A DNA stretch of 64,000 nt, from assembly GCA_041650915.1 (NCBI GenBank), contig JBAZKE010000001.1:379284-443283 (forward strand). The letters are read 5' to 3'. A model generated the notes under the pieces. The model saw only the letters and a list, made by a program, of their open reading frames with translations. It was not told the DNA's origin and did not search any database. The translations under genes and the position numbers were made by a program. Positions 19,369 through 28,418 of the stretch are shown here, in pieces. How positions within the stretch are numbered: position 1 is the stretch's first letter; each line of letters opens with the position of its first letter. Source of the DNA: Patescibacteria group bacterium (lineage in GTDB: Bacteria; Patescibacteriota; Patescibacteriia; UBA10025; JAHIVO01).

Positions 19369-19542
19369 CCCTAGCTCAGTGGGTCGAGACCACGAGCAAA
19401 CACAACTGCTTGTGTTTGCGAGGAGTCGAGACGGGCATGACGATGCGGGAACCGCCGGCATGCCCCGGAAGAGCAACTGTGGAGCCTATCCCGAGCGAAG
19501 TCGAGGGATAAACAGTAGGTCGTCGGTTCGAATCCGACGGGT
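19369..19542 (+). pseudogene. Tandem tRNA-Thr(TGT) copy interrupted in the D-loop and anticodon loop
   Basis: CCCTAGCTCAGTGG (19369-19382), AGAGCAACTGT (19470-19480) and TAAACAGTAGGTCGTCGGTTCGAATCCGACGGGT (19509-19542) all match the intact gene; hairpin inserts lie between them. Confidence 0.88.
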
Positions 19543-19685
19543 AACTTATCGGGTCGCCGCTCTGGCGGGTTACGTGTGGCTTGTCAAATAAGCTCCACTG
19601 CACCCCTTGTGCGCATGCCCCTCTTCCCAAAAAATGCGCACCATTTTTTGGGAGCACTGCAGAATTATTGATTAATCGCAATATT

Positions 19686-19841
19686 ATGTCACAAGACAAC
19701 ATCATCAAGCTCGAATGTACGGAGTGCAAACACATCAACTACCACTCGCACAAGAATAAAAAGCTGCACAAGGACCGGATTGAGATCAAGAAGCACTGTA
19801 AGTGGTGCAAAAAGCACACGATGCATAAAGAAACGAAGTAA
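19686..19841 (+). CDS. rpmG: 50S ribosomal protein L33 (Zn-binding type)
   Basis: [40 protein letters not shown]. Confidence 0.96.
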   Translation: MSQDNIIKLECTECKHINYHSHKNKKLHKDRIEIKKHCKWCKKHTMHKETK

Positions 19842-19951
19842 TTTTGAAGACCTTTTTCGAAAGTAGCTTTCACTGTATTCCGAAATAAGCCGTATCGGCC
19901 ATCGCAGGTAACCCGAGACCTTTGGTTCGTAGTTGATTCGGAATTTTTTAT

Positions 19952-20026
19952 GGGGCTATAGTACAATGGCTAGTATAGCGGTCTCCAAAACCGTTGATCG
20001 AGGTTCGAATCCTCGTGGCCCCGCCA
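19952..20026 (+). tRNA. tRNA-Trp(CCA)
   Basis: GGGGCTA/TGGCCCC acceptor; GCGGT-CTCCAAA-ACCGT; CGAGG-TTCGAAT-CCTCG; GCCA end; usual position after rpmG. Confidence 0.96.
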
Positions 20027-20234
20027 GAACTACCCGTCTCGGGGGCTTTTTGGTACGATGTTACAATAGCGTAACTAGCCAATGGATTCGAAAAGCAGCA
20101 GCGACCCTGAACTAAGTTCAGGGGAGCGCCGATGAATGCGAGTTTGCGCAGCATTCATCGCTGCTTATGGACCCGAATCCTCGTGGCCCCGCCAGAACTA
20201 CCCGTCACGGGGGCTTTTTGGTATGATGTTACAA
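20006..20234 (+). repeat. 61-bp direct repeat (tRNA-Trp 3' end plus terminator)
   Basis: 20006-20066 and 20174-20234 differ at 2 positions. Confidence 0.93.
20084..20180. mobile_element. Structured micro-element at the tRNA-Trp T-arm (copy 2)
   Basis: Terminal GGATTCG/CGAATCC; stems AAGCAG/CTGCTT, CCCTGAAC/GTTCAGGG and CGATGAATGC/GCATTCATCG with loop GAGTTTGCGCA. Mobility is inferred. Confidence 0.6.
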
Positions 20235-20253
20235 AGGATCTATACTCTACACC

Positions 20254-20703
20254 ATGCAGATATCCAACGCATCAAAAAAAGACAGAGAACAGGCGATGGC
20301 AGCCGCAAAAAACTTGAAGGATTGGTTTACTGATGAAGGGTTGAAGAATATGAGGATTGATTTTGACCTGAATAACGTAGCCGTCGCAAAAGAGAACGGC
20401 ATCGTTGTCGGTTTCTTGTGCTACACTGCGTATTCCGGAAAGATGCTGCTCCTGTGGATGGGGGTTCAGCTGCCAGCGCAACGAAAGGGTGTGGGGCAAA
20501 AATTGCTGCAGTGGCTGGAAAATGAGGGCAGAAAGCTCGGTTGCCATTCGATAGAAGTTGAAACCTTGCCGGATGAAGACGATTACGAACCCTACCGGAG
20601 AACTCGCTCTTTTTATTACACAAATGGATTTGAGCGGATTTTTTATAAGAAGGCGCGTGTTGATGGCTGGGATGACCACATTGTTCTCGAAAAAAAGATT
20701 TAG
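20254..20703 (+). CDS. GNAT family N-acetyltransferase
   Basis: VVGFL, QRKGVGQKLL (Q/RxxGxG motif), FYYTNGF. Confidence 0.85.
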   Translation: MQISNASKKDREQAMAAAKNLKDWFTDEGLKNMRIDFDLNNVAVAKENGIVVGFLCYTAYSGKMLLLWMGVQLPAQRKGVGQKLLQWLENEGRKLGCHSIEVETLPDEDDYEPYRRTRSFYYTNGFERIFYKKARVDGWDDHIVLEKKI

Positions 20704-20751
20704 GAAAAAGTGTCAACGAATGCTTGCCACAATAATTAATGATTACGCAAG

Positions 20752-21069
20752 ATGGAAACCAAAGAATTACAAAACAGCGCATCGAGGGTATTTCTCGGCA
20801 ATCTCAAGCGGGATCGCATTGAACCGAGCGAAGATTACCTGGTTTTAAAATTGGCGGAAGAGCTCGGCGAATTCGTCCAGTCGTACCTCGTACACAAGAA
20901 AAGGTGCCGTCCCGTAAAGTACCTGCCGGCGCGAAAATCCAAAAAAAAATTAGCCACGGAACTGGCTGATGTGCTCGGTTTGGTGTTCGTCATTGCCACA
21001 GCGCATCGAATCGATATTGAAGACGCTCTGGTAAAAAAATGGATCACTAGGGAATGGATTGAAAAGTAA
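20752..21069 (+). CDS. MazG-like nucleotide pyrophosphohydrolase
   Basis: LKLAEELGE and ELADVL motifs. Confidence 0.8.
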   Translation: METKELQNSASRVFLGNLKRDRIEPSEDYLVLKLAEELGEFVQSYLVHKKRCRPVKYLPARKSKKKLATELADVLGLVFVIATAHRIDIEDALVKKWITREWIEK

Positions 21070-21150
21070 TTACTTTTTGCCTTACTTATTAGAATAGTGT
21101 GCATGAGGTGTGGTATACTGTAGCCGTAATAATTATTTAACTAAAAAACG

Positions 21151-21654
21151 ATGAATATGGAAATGCCAGGCCAGAGGCCATCCGCAGATAAGCCCCCGGC
21201 AGATGCAGCGGAGCAGGAGGGCGATGCCGGAGCGTCGCCGGAAAAAGTTGAAATGGATTTTGAATCAATCGCTTCCGAAAATTTTTCACGGTGGAACGAA
21301 GCACTGCTGACCGGAGATCCCGAGCAGGTCGCTGCGCTCTATACCGAGGATGCCACTTTTTTACCGACTGTTTCCGGCGATTTCAAACTGGGGCAAGACG
21401 GCGCGGAGCAGTATTTCGAGCACTTCCTTGAAAGCAATCCGTCGGGTGAAGTCATTGATGCCAAGGTGCAGCCTCTCGGGCCCGACTCGTATCTGCATTC
21501 CGGCATGTACAATTTTGAAGTTGATTCCGCCGATCCCGAATCCGCCGGCAAAAGAATCATTGTTGAGGCTCGCTTTACTTTTGCGTGGGGAAAAAATGCT
21601 GACGGCGAGTGGCGCATCATGCACCACCATTCATCGGTGAGGCCGAAATCATAA
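21151..21654 (+). CDS. SgcJ/EcaC (DUF4440, NTF2-like) protein
   Basis: WNEAL.TGDP..VAALY..DATFLPTVS, HSGMYNF, ARFTF, WRIMHHHSS. Confidence 0.8.
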   Translation: MNMEMPGQRPSADKPPADAAEQEGDAGASPEKVEMDFESIASENFSRWNEALLTGDPEQVAALYTEDATFLPTVSGDFKLGQDGAEQYFEHFLESNPSGEVIDAKVQPLGPDSYLHSGMYNFEVDSADPESAGKRIIVEARFTFAWGKNADGEWRIMHHHSSVRPKS

Positions 21655-21753
21655 GGCAGGCCGCACAGGAGGCGGGTGAGGGAGATTTCCTGCGGCAGAG
21701 CATTTCGGCTGCGGGGATTTTTGTATTTTTATGCCGTGTGGATAAGTGGCCGG

Positions 21754-21797
21754 TTGACGGTGAGCGGTGAGTGGTATATATTCAATATATTGAATAT
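21754..21797 (+). promoter_or_regulatory. Promoter and palindromic operator of the copper operon
   Basis: TTGACG-17-TATATT; a perfect 20-bp palindrome ATATTCAATATATTGAATAT (21778-21797) overlaps the -10 box and the ATG. Confidence 0.75.
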
Positions 21798-22266
21798 GTC
21801 TATCCTCACCTACACACTGTACGCGAAGCTGCTCAAAGCCCTTGCAAACCAAAAACGCATCGAAATAATGCGCGTTTTGGGCAACCGGTGTTCTACCGTT
21901 TCTGAGCTGATCCATATGACAGGCATGACCCAGGCGAATATCAGCCAGCACCTGCAGGTGCTCCGGCGCGAAGGTGCGGTGGTCGCCAAGAGGAACAGCA
22001 AGGAAATCATGTACTGCATCTCGCATCCGCAGTACGTACGGCTCCTGGACCACATTCACGAAATTCTCGCAGACCGGAAGAGCATCAAGCCGCTCATGCG
22101 GCATTCGCATATTCCCGCTGCGCCCATGATCGTTGACCCCGTATGCGGGATGAAGGTATCCCCCAAGCATGCCGCTTTCGCGCACGCCTATAAGCGGTCA
22201 ACGTACTATTTCTGCGCTTCCGGGTGCAAGAAAAAATTTGTTAAAAATCCGGAAAAGTATGCCTGA
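21796..22266 (+). CDS. ArsR/SmtB regulator fused to a YHS domain
   Basis: [24 protein letters not shown] (ArsR HTH); [23 protein letters not shown] (YHS). Confidence 0.85.
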   Translation: MSILTYTLYAKLLKALANQKRIEIMRVLGNRCSTVSELIHMTGMTQANISQHLQVLRREGAVVAKRNSKEIMYCISHPQYVRLLDHIHEILADRKSIKPLMRHSHIPAAPMIVDPVCGMKVSPKHAAFAHAYKRSTYYFCASGCKKKFVKNPEKYA

Positions 22267-24463
22267 GCAAATGGATTTTTATGTTTCCGGAATGCACTGC
22301 GCGTCGTGCGCCGCGAATATCCAAAGAAAGCTGGCAAAAACCGAGGGCGTCGAAGCAGCTCGGGTGAATTACAGCAACGAACAAGCGTACGTATCGTACG
22401 ATCCGAAAAAGGTTTCCGCTGATACGATAGCAAGCGCCGTCCGCTCACTCGGATACGCGGCGCATACGTCGGAGAGCGACGCCGAAGACCTCATGGAGCG
22501 CGATCATGCGGTTCACGAAGCGCGCCTGACGCAGAAGCTGCTCGTCGGCGCAGTATGCTCGGCGCTCCTGCTTATCGGGGCGATGGTTCCGTTCGCGCCG
22601 GCGTTGCTGCAGCACCCGCTCGCTATGCTGCTGCTCGCAACTCCCGTGCAGCTGTGGCTCGGGAAGGATTTTTATAAGAGCGCCTGGTCTGCGGCAAAAA
22701 ATAGGACAACGAACATGGATACGCTCGTGGCGCTGGGGACTTCCGTTGCCTACGGCTACTCTGTTGCAGCCGTCGTTTTTTCGAAATATTTCGAATCTGC
22801 CGGCATTCCCATGCATGTTTATTTTGAGACTGCATCGGTGATTCTGACGCTCATCGTGCTCGGAAAGTACCTTGAAGTCCGCGCCAAAGGCCAGGCGTCC
22901 GCTGCCATCAAGGAGCTGCTCCAGCTGCAGCCGACGGTTGCGCACGTCCGGAAGGACGGATCGTGGCAGGATGTTGCGATTGAAGCTATCGAGGCCGGCG
23001 ACGTGCTGCTTGTTAAACCGGGCGAGAAGATCCCCGTCGACGGAGTGATCCATTCAGGCGCGAGCGCCGTCGATGAGAGCATGCTGACGGGAGAAAACAT
23101 GCCAGCCGAAAAACGGGCGGGAGATATAGTGTACGCCGCGACAGTCAATACGCTTGGATCATTCGAGATGGAAGCGCGCGCTGTCGGCGGAAGAACGAAA
23201 CTTTCTCAGATTATCCGCATGGTTCGTGAGGCGCAGGGGTCTCATCCGCCAATCCAAAAGCTCGTCGATACCATTTCTGCGTATTTCGTGCCGATCGTCA
23301 TCGGACTTTCTGCCGTAACCTTCGTACTTTGGTTCACCGTCGGGCCGGAGCCGAGGCTGCCACGGGCGCTCGTCAGCATGATTTCCGTGCTTATCATCGC
23401 GTGCCCGTGCGCACTCGGGCTCGCGACGCCGATGTCGCTTATGGTCGGGATCGGCAGGGGCGCGCGGAGCGGGATTTTAATCCGCAACGCTGAGGCGCTC
23501 GAGCGTGCGAACGAGACAACACTTGTCGTGCTCGATAAAACGGGGACGCTCACCGAAGGCAAACCGTCCGTGAGCGCCTATGCGTCAGCCGAAACGCTCC
23601 GTACCGCCGCCTCCCTCGAGCAGCATTCCGAACATCCGCTTGCCGGCGCAGTGCTTGCAAAAGCTCACGAGCTATCCATGGAATTGGATCCCGTGGATCA
23701 TTTTACCGCAATCGCAGGGAAAGGCGTGCGCGGCACGATACATGGCGCAGAGTGGTTTTTGGGGAGCCATGAGTTTATCCGCGAGAAAGGAATCCCCGTG
23801 ACCCCCGAACAAGGAGCGGAAATTACGGGCCACGAAGCGCGCGGTGAGACCGTACTGGCGCTCGCCGAAGGGAAAACGTACCGGGGATCAATCGCGATCA
23901 CGGACCGCATCAAAGCCGAGTCGCCGTCCGCGGTTTCGCAGCTCGTGCGCATGGGCATTGAACCCGTCATGATGACCGGTGACAACAGTACGGCAGCGAA
24001 TACCATTGCAATGCGCGTAGGGATACGAAACTGGCGTGCGCGGGTTCGCCCGGAAGATAAAGCGTCATTCATCAGGCAGTCCCAGTTTGAGGGAGACGTC
24101 GTCGCGATGGCAGGCGATGGGATTAACGATGCGCCGGCACTGGCGCTCGCCGATATCGGAATCGCAATGGGCGGGGGGACGGATATCGCGATGGAATCGG
24201 CAGGGGTGACGCTGCTCCGTGGAGATGTCTCGCTGATTCCGAAAGCCCTACGGCTCGCGAAAGTGACCATGCGCAACATCAAGCAGAATTTAGCATGGGC
24301 GTTCGGGTACAATGTGCTCCTCATCCCCGTCGCGATGGGAGCCCTGTATCCGCTGACGGGCATGCAGCTCAATCCCATGCTCGCGAGTTTTGCTATGGCG
24401 TTTTCCAGCGTCTCGGTGGTTATGAATGCGCTCCGATTGAAAACTATTACTATAGAAACGTAA
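22259..24463 (+). CDS. copA: Copper-translocating P1B-type ATPase
   Basis: [37 protein letters not shown] and M..SS. Confidence 0.93.
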   Translation: MPEQMDFYVSGMHCASCAANIQRKLAKTEGVEAARVNYSNEQAYVSYDPKKVSADTIASAVRSLGYAAHTSESDAEDLMERDHAVHEARLTQKLLVGAVCSALLLIGAMVPFAPALLQHPLAMLLLATPVQLWLGKDFYKSAWSAAKNRTTNMDTLVALGTSVAYGYSVAAVVFSKYFESAGIPMHVYFETASVILTLIVLGKYLEVRAKGQASAAIKELLQLQPTVAHVRKDGSWQDVAIEAIEAGDVLLVKPGEKIPVDGVIHSGASAVDESMLTGENMPAEKRAGDIVYAATVNTLGSFEMEARAVGGRTKLSQIIRMVREAQGSHPPIQKLVDTISAYFVPIVIGLSAVTFVLWFTVGPEPRLPRALVSMISVLIIACPCALGLATPMSLMVGIGRGARSGILIRNAEALERANETTLVVLDKTGTLTEGKPSVSAYASAETLRTAASLEQHSEHPLAGAVLAKAHELSMELDPVDHFTAIAGKGVRGTIHGAEWFLGSHEFIREKGIPVTPEQGAEITGHEARGETVLALAEGKTYRGSIAITDRIKAESPSAVSQLVRMGIEPVMMTGDNSTAANTIAMRVGIRNWRARVRPEDKASFIRQSQFEGDVVAMAGDGINDAPALALADIGIAMGGGTDIAMESAGVTLLRGDVSLIPKALRLAKVTMRNIKQNLAWAFGYNVLLIPVAMGALYPLTGMQLNPMLASFAMAFSSVSVVMNALRLKTITIET

Positions 24464-24464
24464 T

Positions 24465-25532
24465 ATGGATCTCTGGGTGATATTTTTAACAGGGCTGACC
24501 ACCGGCGGGCTCTCCTGCCTCGCCGTGCAGGGCGGCCTCCTCGCCTCGGCAATCGCCAACCAGAAGGGCAAGGAGCTCCGGGAATCCGCGGGGCAAGAGA
24601 GGCTCGCCTTCACGTCGTTCAATCTGAACGACTGGCTTCCCGTAACCCTGTTTCTGGCTGCGAAATTGGTCGCGTATACCGTTCTCGGTTTCTTCCTCGG
24701 CTGGCTCGGCTCGGTCATTACCCTCAGCCTCGGTTTGCGGATTACCTTTCAGGCACTCGCGGCGCTCTTTATGCTCGCGACCGCCCTCAACCTGCTCAAC
24801 GTCCACCCGATCTTCAGGTACGTCGTCATCCAGCCGCCGCGTTTTGTCCGCCGCTTGGTAAAGTCATCGGCGAAAGCAGATTACTTTTTTTCACCGGCAG
24901 TCTTGGGGTTCCTCACCGTCCTCATCCCGTGCGGCGTTACGCAGGCGATGGAGATTCTGGCAATCAACAGCGGGAGCCCATTTACGGGTGCGCTCATTAT
25001 GATGGTTTTCGTCCTCGGCACCTCGCCGATATTCGGGCTCGTCGGAATCGCGACGGCAAAGCTGTCTGAGGCTTGGCGGACAAAATTTCTCAGGACCGCA
25101 GCGATCCTCCTGATCGCCATGTCCGTGTACAGCCTGAATGGGGCGCTCCAGGCTGCCGATGCGCCAGTTTCCTGGGCGCGGCTGAAGCTGGCTTTCGATG
25201 CAGGCCAGCCCGCCGGGAGCCATGAGTTCGCCCCTGATGCCGGTAACGGCCCGATGAGCACCGATACGGTACAGCGGGTGAAGATCAATGTCGAGAACAG
25301 GGGCTACCGTCCGGACCGAATCAGCGTGCGAGCGGGCATTCCCGTCGAACTGACGGTCAGCACCGACGAAACCTACTCGTGCGCTGCGGCGTTTACCTTC
25401 CGCGAGTTTGGTATTTACGAAGTCCTTGACCCGACGGATTCTGAGGTGTTCCGGTTTACGCCCGAAGAGACGGGGATTTACATCTTCGCCTGCTCAATGG
25501 GGATGTATACCGGCGTTATGGAGGTATACTAA
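24465..25532 (+). CDS. DsbD/TauE-like membrane protein with C-terminal cupredoxin domain
   Basis: GGLSCLAVQGGL and LIPCG TM domain; FACSMGMY cupredoxin motif. Confidence 0.8.
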   Translation: MDLWVIFLTGLTTGGLSCLAVQGGLLASAIANQKGKELRESAGQERLAFTSFNLNDWLPVTLFLAAKLVAYTVLGFFLGWLGSVITLSLGLRITFQALAALFMLATALNLLNVHPIFRYVVIQPPRFVRRLVKSSAKADYFFSPAVLGFLTVLIPCGVTQAMEILAINSGSPFTGALIMMVFVLGTSPIFGLVGIATAKLSEAWRTKFLRTAAILLIAMSVYSLNGALQAADAPVSWARLKLAFDAGQPAGSHEFAPDAGNGPMSTDTVQRVKINVENRGYRPDRISVRAGIPVELTVSTDETYSCAAAFTFREFGIYEVLDPTDSEVFRFTPEETGIYIFACSMGMYTGVMEVY

Positions 25533-25543
25533 TTAATAGGACT

Positions 25544-25783
25544 ATGTTTTTTACGAAGAAACGGCCAACAGGCGAGACGGTTGAGCTGAAGATCAGCGGC
25601 ATGCACTGCTCGAGCTGTGCGATGAGTATCGATGGCGCACTCGAGGAAATAGAGGGGATCCACGAGAGCAGCACGAGCTACGCTAAGCAGCGGACACAAG
25701 TTTTATTTGACCCCCAGCGCGTCAGCCGTTCCCAGATTGTGAAGGCAATCAGTGAGCTCGGGTACTCGGTCAGGGACGCATAG
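25544..25783 (+). CDS. Heavy-metal chaperone (CopZ-like HMA)
   Basis: GMHCSSC..LGY. Confidence 0.88.
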   Translation: MFFTKKRPTGETVELKISGMHCSSCAMSIDGALEEIEGIHESSTSYAKQRTQVLFDPQRVSRSQIVKAISELGYSVRDA

Positions 25784-25875
25784 CCCGGTTTCCGGCCTGG
25801 TTCGCAGCCAGTGCCGCAGCGAATGCGGCGAACTTCCGGGTTGATTTTTTATTGCGGACGGAGGATGATGGACGT

Positions 25876-26409
25876 ATGCCGACCACTATGCCGTCACGTG
25901 AGGACTATCAACACATCAGGGAAAAAATCATCGACTACCTTTCGAGGCAAGGTTTTTCGGAAAAGAAATTACTACGTAAAGTCACCAACCTGAAGCGCCG
26001 TTACCCGCATACGCTCCGGTACCGATTCTATACGCTTGAGCACGTCCAGAAGGTGATTAACGAATTGAAAGCCGAGGGGCTGGTCGACGACCGGCAGTAC
26101 GCCGAGGCGGTCCTGCGGCAGCTGCGTGACCGTAAAGACGGCATGTACCGCATCAGGCAAAAAATGCAGCACCGGCTTATCCCGCGTCCCATTATTGAAA
26201 AAGTGCTCGGAGAGTGGAAGCAATCAGGTGCACAGCAGGATTACACGGCAATTGTCCAAGAAGCAAAACGAAAATACGGACGGCTCAAAGAAAAATATCC
26301 GTCATCACAAGAGCAGTATACGGTAAAACAGAAATTGTATGCGTTTCTGGCGCAGAAGGGATATACGGCGGATGAGGTGAAGGAGATCATGGGAAAAGTC
26401 GTCCGATGA
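25876..26409 (+). CDS. recX: RecX family protein
   Basis: YLSR, GLVDDRQYAE, G..RIRQKM, KLYAFLAQKGY. Confidence 0.65.
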   Translation: MPTTMPSREDYQHIREKIIDYLSRQGFSEKKLLRKVTNLKRRYPHTLRYRFYTLEHVQKVINELKAEGLVDDRQYAEAVLRQLRDRKDGMYRIRQKMQHRLIPRPIIEKVLGEWKQSGAQQDYTAIVQEAKRKYGRLKEKYPSSQEQYTVKQKLYAFLAQKGYTADEVKEIMGKVVR

Positions 26410-26442
26410 CGCTCTGTTTTCCGTTTTTTCATTAATGCGCAC

Positions 26443-26811
26443 ATGTCCCATAAGAAACTGTCCATAACGTTCATCGTCATTCTCCTGGTTTTTGCCGCTG
26501 CCATAGCGCCCATGGCAATTGTGCGCCCGGTAAAAAAAGCTGTGGACGTTCCAGACGGCACGGCACGGGAAATTTTGCACGCTGTCCGCACCCATTTCGA
26601 CCACCCGGCGGAAAGAATGCTGGTGTGGCGCTATCAGATTACGGAAAAAGGGGAGTGGCAGGGGTCTGATTATTACATCGTGGTCGGCAGGACCTTTTTC
26701 GGTATACCGCTCAGGAAGTCTGCTGTGTATAGGGAAGGCGGCATCATTACAATTCCCAGCCTTGAACATGACCTTATCATCTGCGGGGAAGAGCAGTGTG
26801 ATAGACTGTAG
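26443..26811 (+). CDS. Hypothetical exported protein
   Basis: N-terminal signal/TM segment; 122 aa. Confidence 0.6.
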   Translation: MSHKKLSITFIVILLVFAAAIAPMAIVRPVKKAVDVPDGTAREILHAVRTHFDHPAERMLVWRYQITEKGEWQGSDYYIVVGRTFFGIPLRKSAVYREGGIITIPSLEHDLIICGEEQCDRL

Positions 26812-26859
26812 CCCCGTACGTTCGGCTCACAGCCTAGCAATAAAATTGATTTACTATAT

Positions 26860-27543
26860 ATGCATACTATTAAGGAACTATTCAGCGACCAGCGTACGCT
26901 CAGGAGCATCCTCATGCTCTGCCTGTACGTGTGTATCATGGCGGCTGCCGCTTTTATTTTTTCCCAGTACGTTGACCGCGACAGCCTCCAAGCGGCGGTA
27001 AAGGGCACTGGGCAGTTCGGGCTGGCACTGTACGTGCTGGTCGAGATCGCGTACGTGACGTTCACCCCGCTGCTCAATACGTTCATTTTGATCGTGTCCG
27101 GTTATTTGTTCGGGGGAACGGTCGGTTTTTTCGTCAACTTCGCCGCAACGGCCATCGGCCTGTTCCTCATCGTATATCTGGTAAAGCGGTACGGCAGGCC
27201 GCTCCTCCGGAAGCTCGTTTCCGAACGTTTTTACGACCGGTTCGACAGGATCGTGCAAACGGTCGGCCCAATCACGCTGCTCGTGGTGTACGTGCTGCCC
27301 TTTACGCCGGATGACGAGCTCACGTACGTCATCGCGGCCGGACCGGTAGGGTTCAAACGGTTTATCCTGCCTGTTATCCTGGGGACTATTGCAAAATCCG
27401 CATACAGCTTTATCGGGGACCAAGGAGCGCACGGCGTAACCATCGCCGCGTACTTCAGGGTTATCTTGCTAATTATCGGAGTTATCGCCGTCGCGCTGCA
27501 GGAGTACGTTATCGTAAAACGGCGTACCAAAAGTGTCGTGTAA
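26860..27543 (+). CDS. TVP38/VTT (DedA superfamily) membrane protein
   Basis: SGYLFG, LPFTPDD..YVIA, multiple TM helices. Confidence 0.8.
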   Translation: MHTIKELFSDQRTLRSILMLCLYVCIMAAAAFIFSQYVDRDSLQAAVKGTGQFGLALYVLVEIAYVTFTPLLNTFILIVSGYLFGGTVGFFVNFAATAIGLFLIVYLVKRYGRPLLRKLVSERFYDRFDRIVQTVGPITLLVVYVLPFTPDDELTYVIAAGPVGFKRFILPVILGTIAKSAYSFIGDQGAHGVTIAAYFRVILLIIGVIAVALQEYVIVKRRTKSVV

Positions 27544-27617
27544 CTTTTTAATAAAAAATAGCCCGAACTAGTGGTGTGTAGTCCGGGCCCGGTTTTAGTG
27601 TGTTTCGGCAGCAGTGT

Positions 27618-28055
27618 TTAGCCGTCGAATCTGCGCATTTCGACCATGATCGTTCCGCTCGGGCAGTCCTGGTAGCCGATCTTCCAGCCGGCACCGCCGA
27701 TGAGCGCGTAAACTCCGGCAGGTATCGTGCCGTTCAAGTCGGCGTGGATCTGCGCCCAGAAGAGCCCTTCCGCTGCTTTCATCCTGCTCCGCTGCAGGGA
27801 GAGTTCGAGGCACTTCTTGCCCAGTTCGTCCTGCTTGGACGGATCGTGCCGCACATCGATTGTGAGGTGCTCGATTTCACGGGAGAGCGTATCGGCTGCC
27901 TCGGCCTGTTCGGTCATGACGACGAAGAGCCGCTTGAGGTCTTCGGACATATCGCCGAGTTGGTGGTCCTTGTCGATTTCGTTTGTCGGACCCTGTGCTT
28001 TTTCCAGGTCGACCTGATCGAGCGCATCGTTGAGCCACTGCAGTGCTGAATTCAT
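27618..28055 (-). CDS. Hypothetical protein
   Basis: GGAGG SD before ATG 28055; own promoter (TTGACA near 28173-28178) and terminator (27553-27588). Confidence 0.65.
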   Translation of the reverse strand: MNSALQWLNDALDQVDLEKAQGPTNEIDKDHQLGDMSEDLKRLFVVMTEQAEAADTLSREIEHLTIDVRHDPSKQDELGKKCLELSLQRSRMKAAEGLFWAQIHADLNGTIPAGVYALIGGAGWKIGYQDCPSGTIMVEMRRFDG

Positions 28056-28418
28056 TAAAAACCTCCAGAAAAATGAACGTTGATTGCGCACACCTCGTGT
28101 GTGCACGGTTTCTGTTTTTGAAAAAACACCGAAAGGTGCTTTTCAGTACTGTATAGCACGGTGGCTTTTCCGTGTCAAGGTGCCGTGCCTGTGTGCTGGC
28201 ACGGGTAAAGGAGAATTTTCATGTTTTCTTTTTACTTTCCTACAGCCGGAAAAATAACAAAAGGGTTCCGGGGGTATTTGATTCGCGAAAGTGCTGACAT
28301 TCGTTTTTTTAACGAATACGGCGCGAAGCATGCCCTCGAAGCCCCCTTTTCTTTAGAAATGATTGCATAGATAACTTTTATATATGCTTTATTTTTGCTA
28401 CAGTACCACTATAAAACT

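Noticed and set aside
18508-19542. Group I or archaeal-type tRNA introns
   Set aside because: Inserts are too short for group I introns and no clear bulge-helix-bulge is seen; removing them does not restore complete tRNAs (D-stem strand, anticodon or acceptor bases are missing), and intact copies exist
18591-19591. ORFs of 63-202 aa across the tRNA cluster
   Set aside because: They overlap tRNA genes and repeats, and their repeated peptides just mirror the DNA repeats
18901-20234. Diversity-generating retroelement template/variable repeat pair
   Set aside because: Mismatches are not adenine-specific, the repeats are non-coding, and no reverse transcriptase is present
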